23,832 bases of DNA from an uncultured Nitrososphaerota archaeon. Lineage in GTDB: Archaea; Asgardarchaeota; Njordarchaeia; Njordarchaeales; Panguiarchaeaceae. The position numbers and the translations under genes are program-made. The notes beneath the pieces were generated by a model. That model was given only the letters and a program-made list of their open reading frames with translations, was not told the origin of the DNA and ran no database searches. This document shows positions 23,511 through 23,832 of this stretch, piece after piece; the stretch's first letter is position 1, and each line of letters begins with the position of its first letter. The DNA is taken from contig CAZWPQ010000025.1 in NCBI GenBank assembly GCA_964636085.1, forward strand, positions 9,936-33,767. Reading direction: 5' to 3'.

Positions 23511-23819
23511 CTAGACATAGAGATAACCAATAACTTTGCCTTTATGTTGAAGCGGAACATACCAATAATAACCATTAAATAATGGTTTTCCTATCTCTAA
23601 TTTATCCTTAGATACATTCTCCCAGATATAGCCAACTATTGCCCCATTATACACAATGTGACACATAGTAGAACCAGGATGCCTTATTATTGAAGAACTA
23701 CTCAATATACTCCTCGCCCTAGCAACTATATCACTCCCTAGAGAACTAATACCCACTTGACCAGACATCATATTTTGGCCTTGATTGGTATTCATGGCAT
23801 AGCCACGCATATATAACAT
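23511..23819 (-). CDS. Hypothetical protein with two internal beta-hairpin-like repeats
   Basis: Co-oriented, 12 nt upstream of the NifX-like gene; repeats IVYNGAIVGYIW and LQHKGKVIGYLY. The start codon is uncertain. Confidence 0.55.
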   Translation of the reverse strand: MLYMRGYAMNTNQGQNMMSGQVGISSLGSDIVARARSILSSSSIIRHPGSTMCHIVYNGAIVGYIWENVSKDKLEIGKPLFNGYYWYVPLQHKGKVIGYLYV

Positions 23820-23832
23820 CCATCCATATCCC

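Noticed and set aside
1-23832. CRISPR arrays, tRNA/rRNA genes, transposases or integrases
   Set aside because: No regularly spaced repeats, structured RNA signatures or recombinase motifs were seen; intergenic gaps are short and AT-rich.

Overview
Archaeal genomic DNA, probably from an anaerobic thermophile (GGAGGTGA/GGTGA ribosome-binding sites, frequent AGA/AGG/ATA codons, ATGA gene overlaps). It is dominated by two adjacent minus-strand redox gene clusters. Cluster A (11303 to <1) is mvhD-mvhG-mvhA (group 3c [NiFe] hydrogenase), korC, hdrC, hdrB, a fumarate-reductase-type Fe-S subunit, a fumarate-reductase-type flavoprotein, hdrA, and then korD-korA-korB. It has no membrane anchor. My leading hypothesis is a soluble H2-driven, HdrA-based electron-bifurcating module that couples fumarate reduction to ferredoxin reduction for 2-oxoglutarate synthase. 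Cluster B (17969 to 11505) is an atypical mvhD, two reciprocally degenerate hdrA genes, a wHTH protein, hdrC, hdrB, a catalytically degenerate retropepsin-like protein, dsrE-like and tusA, which suggests an Hdr complex acting on protein-bound persulfides. The hdrCB pairs of the two clusters are close paralogs. A plus-strand toxin-antitoxin islet (18185-20439) holds one intact vapBC and two modules with broken toxins. The window ends with a minus-strand cluster of a hypothetical protein, a NifB/NifX-family protein, two ferredoxin-inserted MinD-type ATPases and Mrp/ApbC, probably for Fe-S handling. I saw no rRNA, tRNA, CRISPR array or transposase. All calls come from motif recognition by eye; no searches were run.
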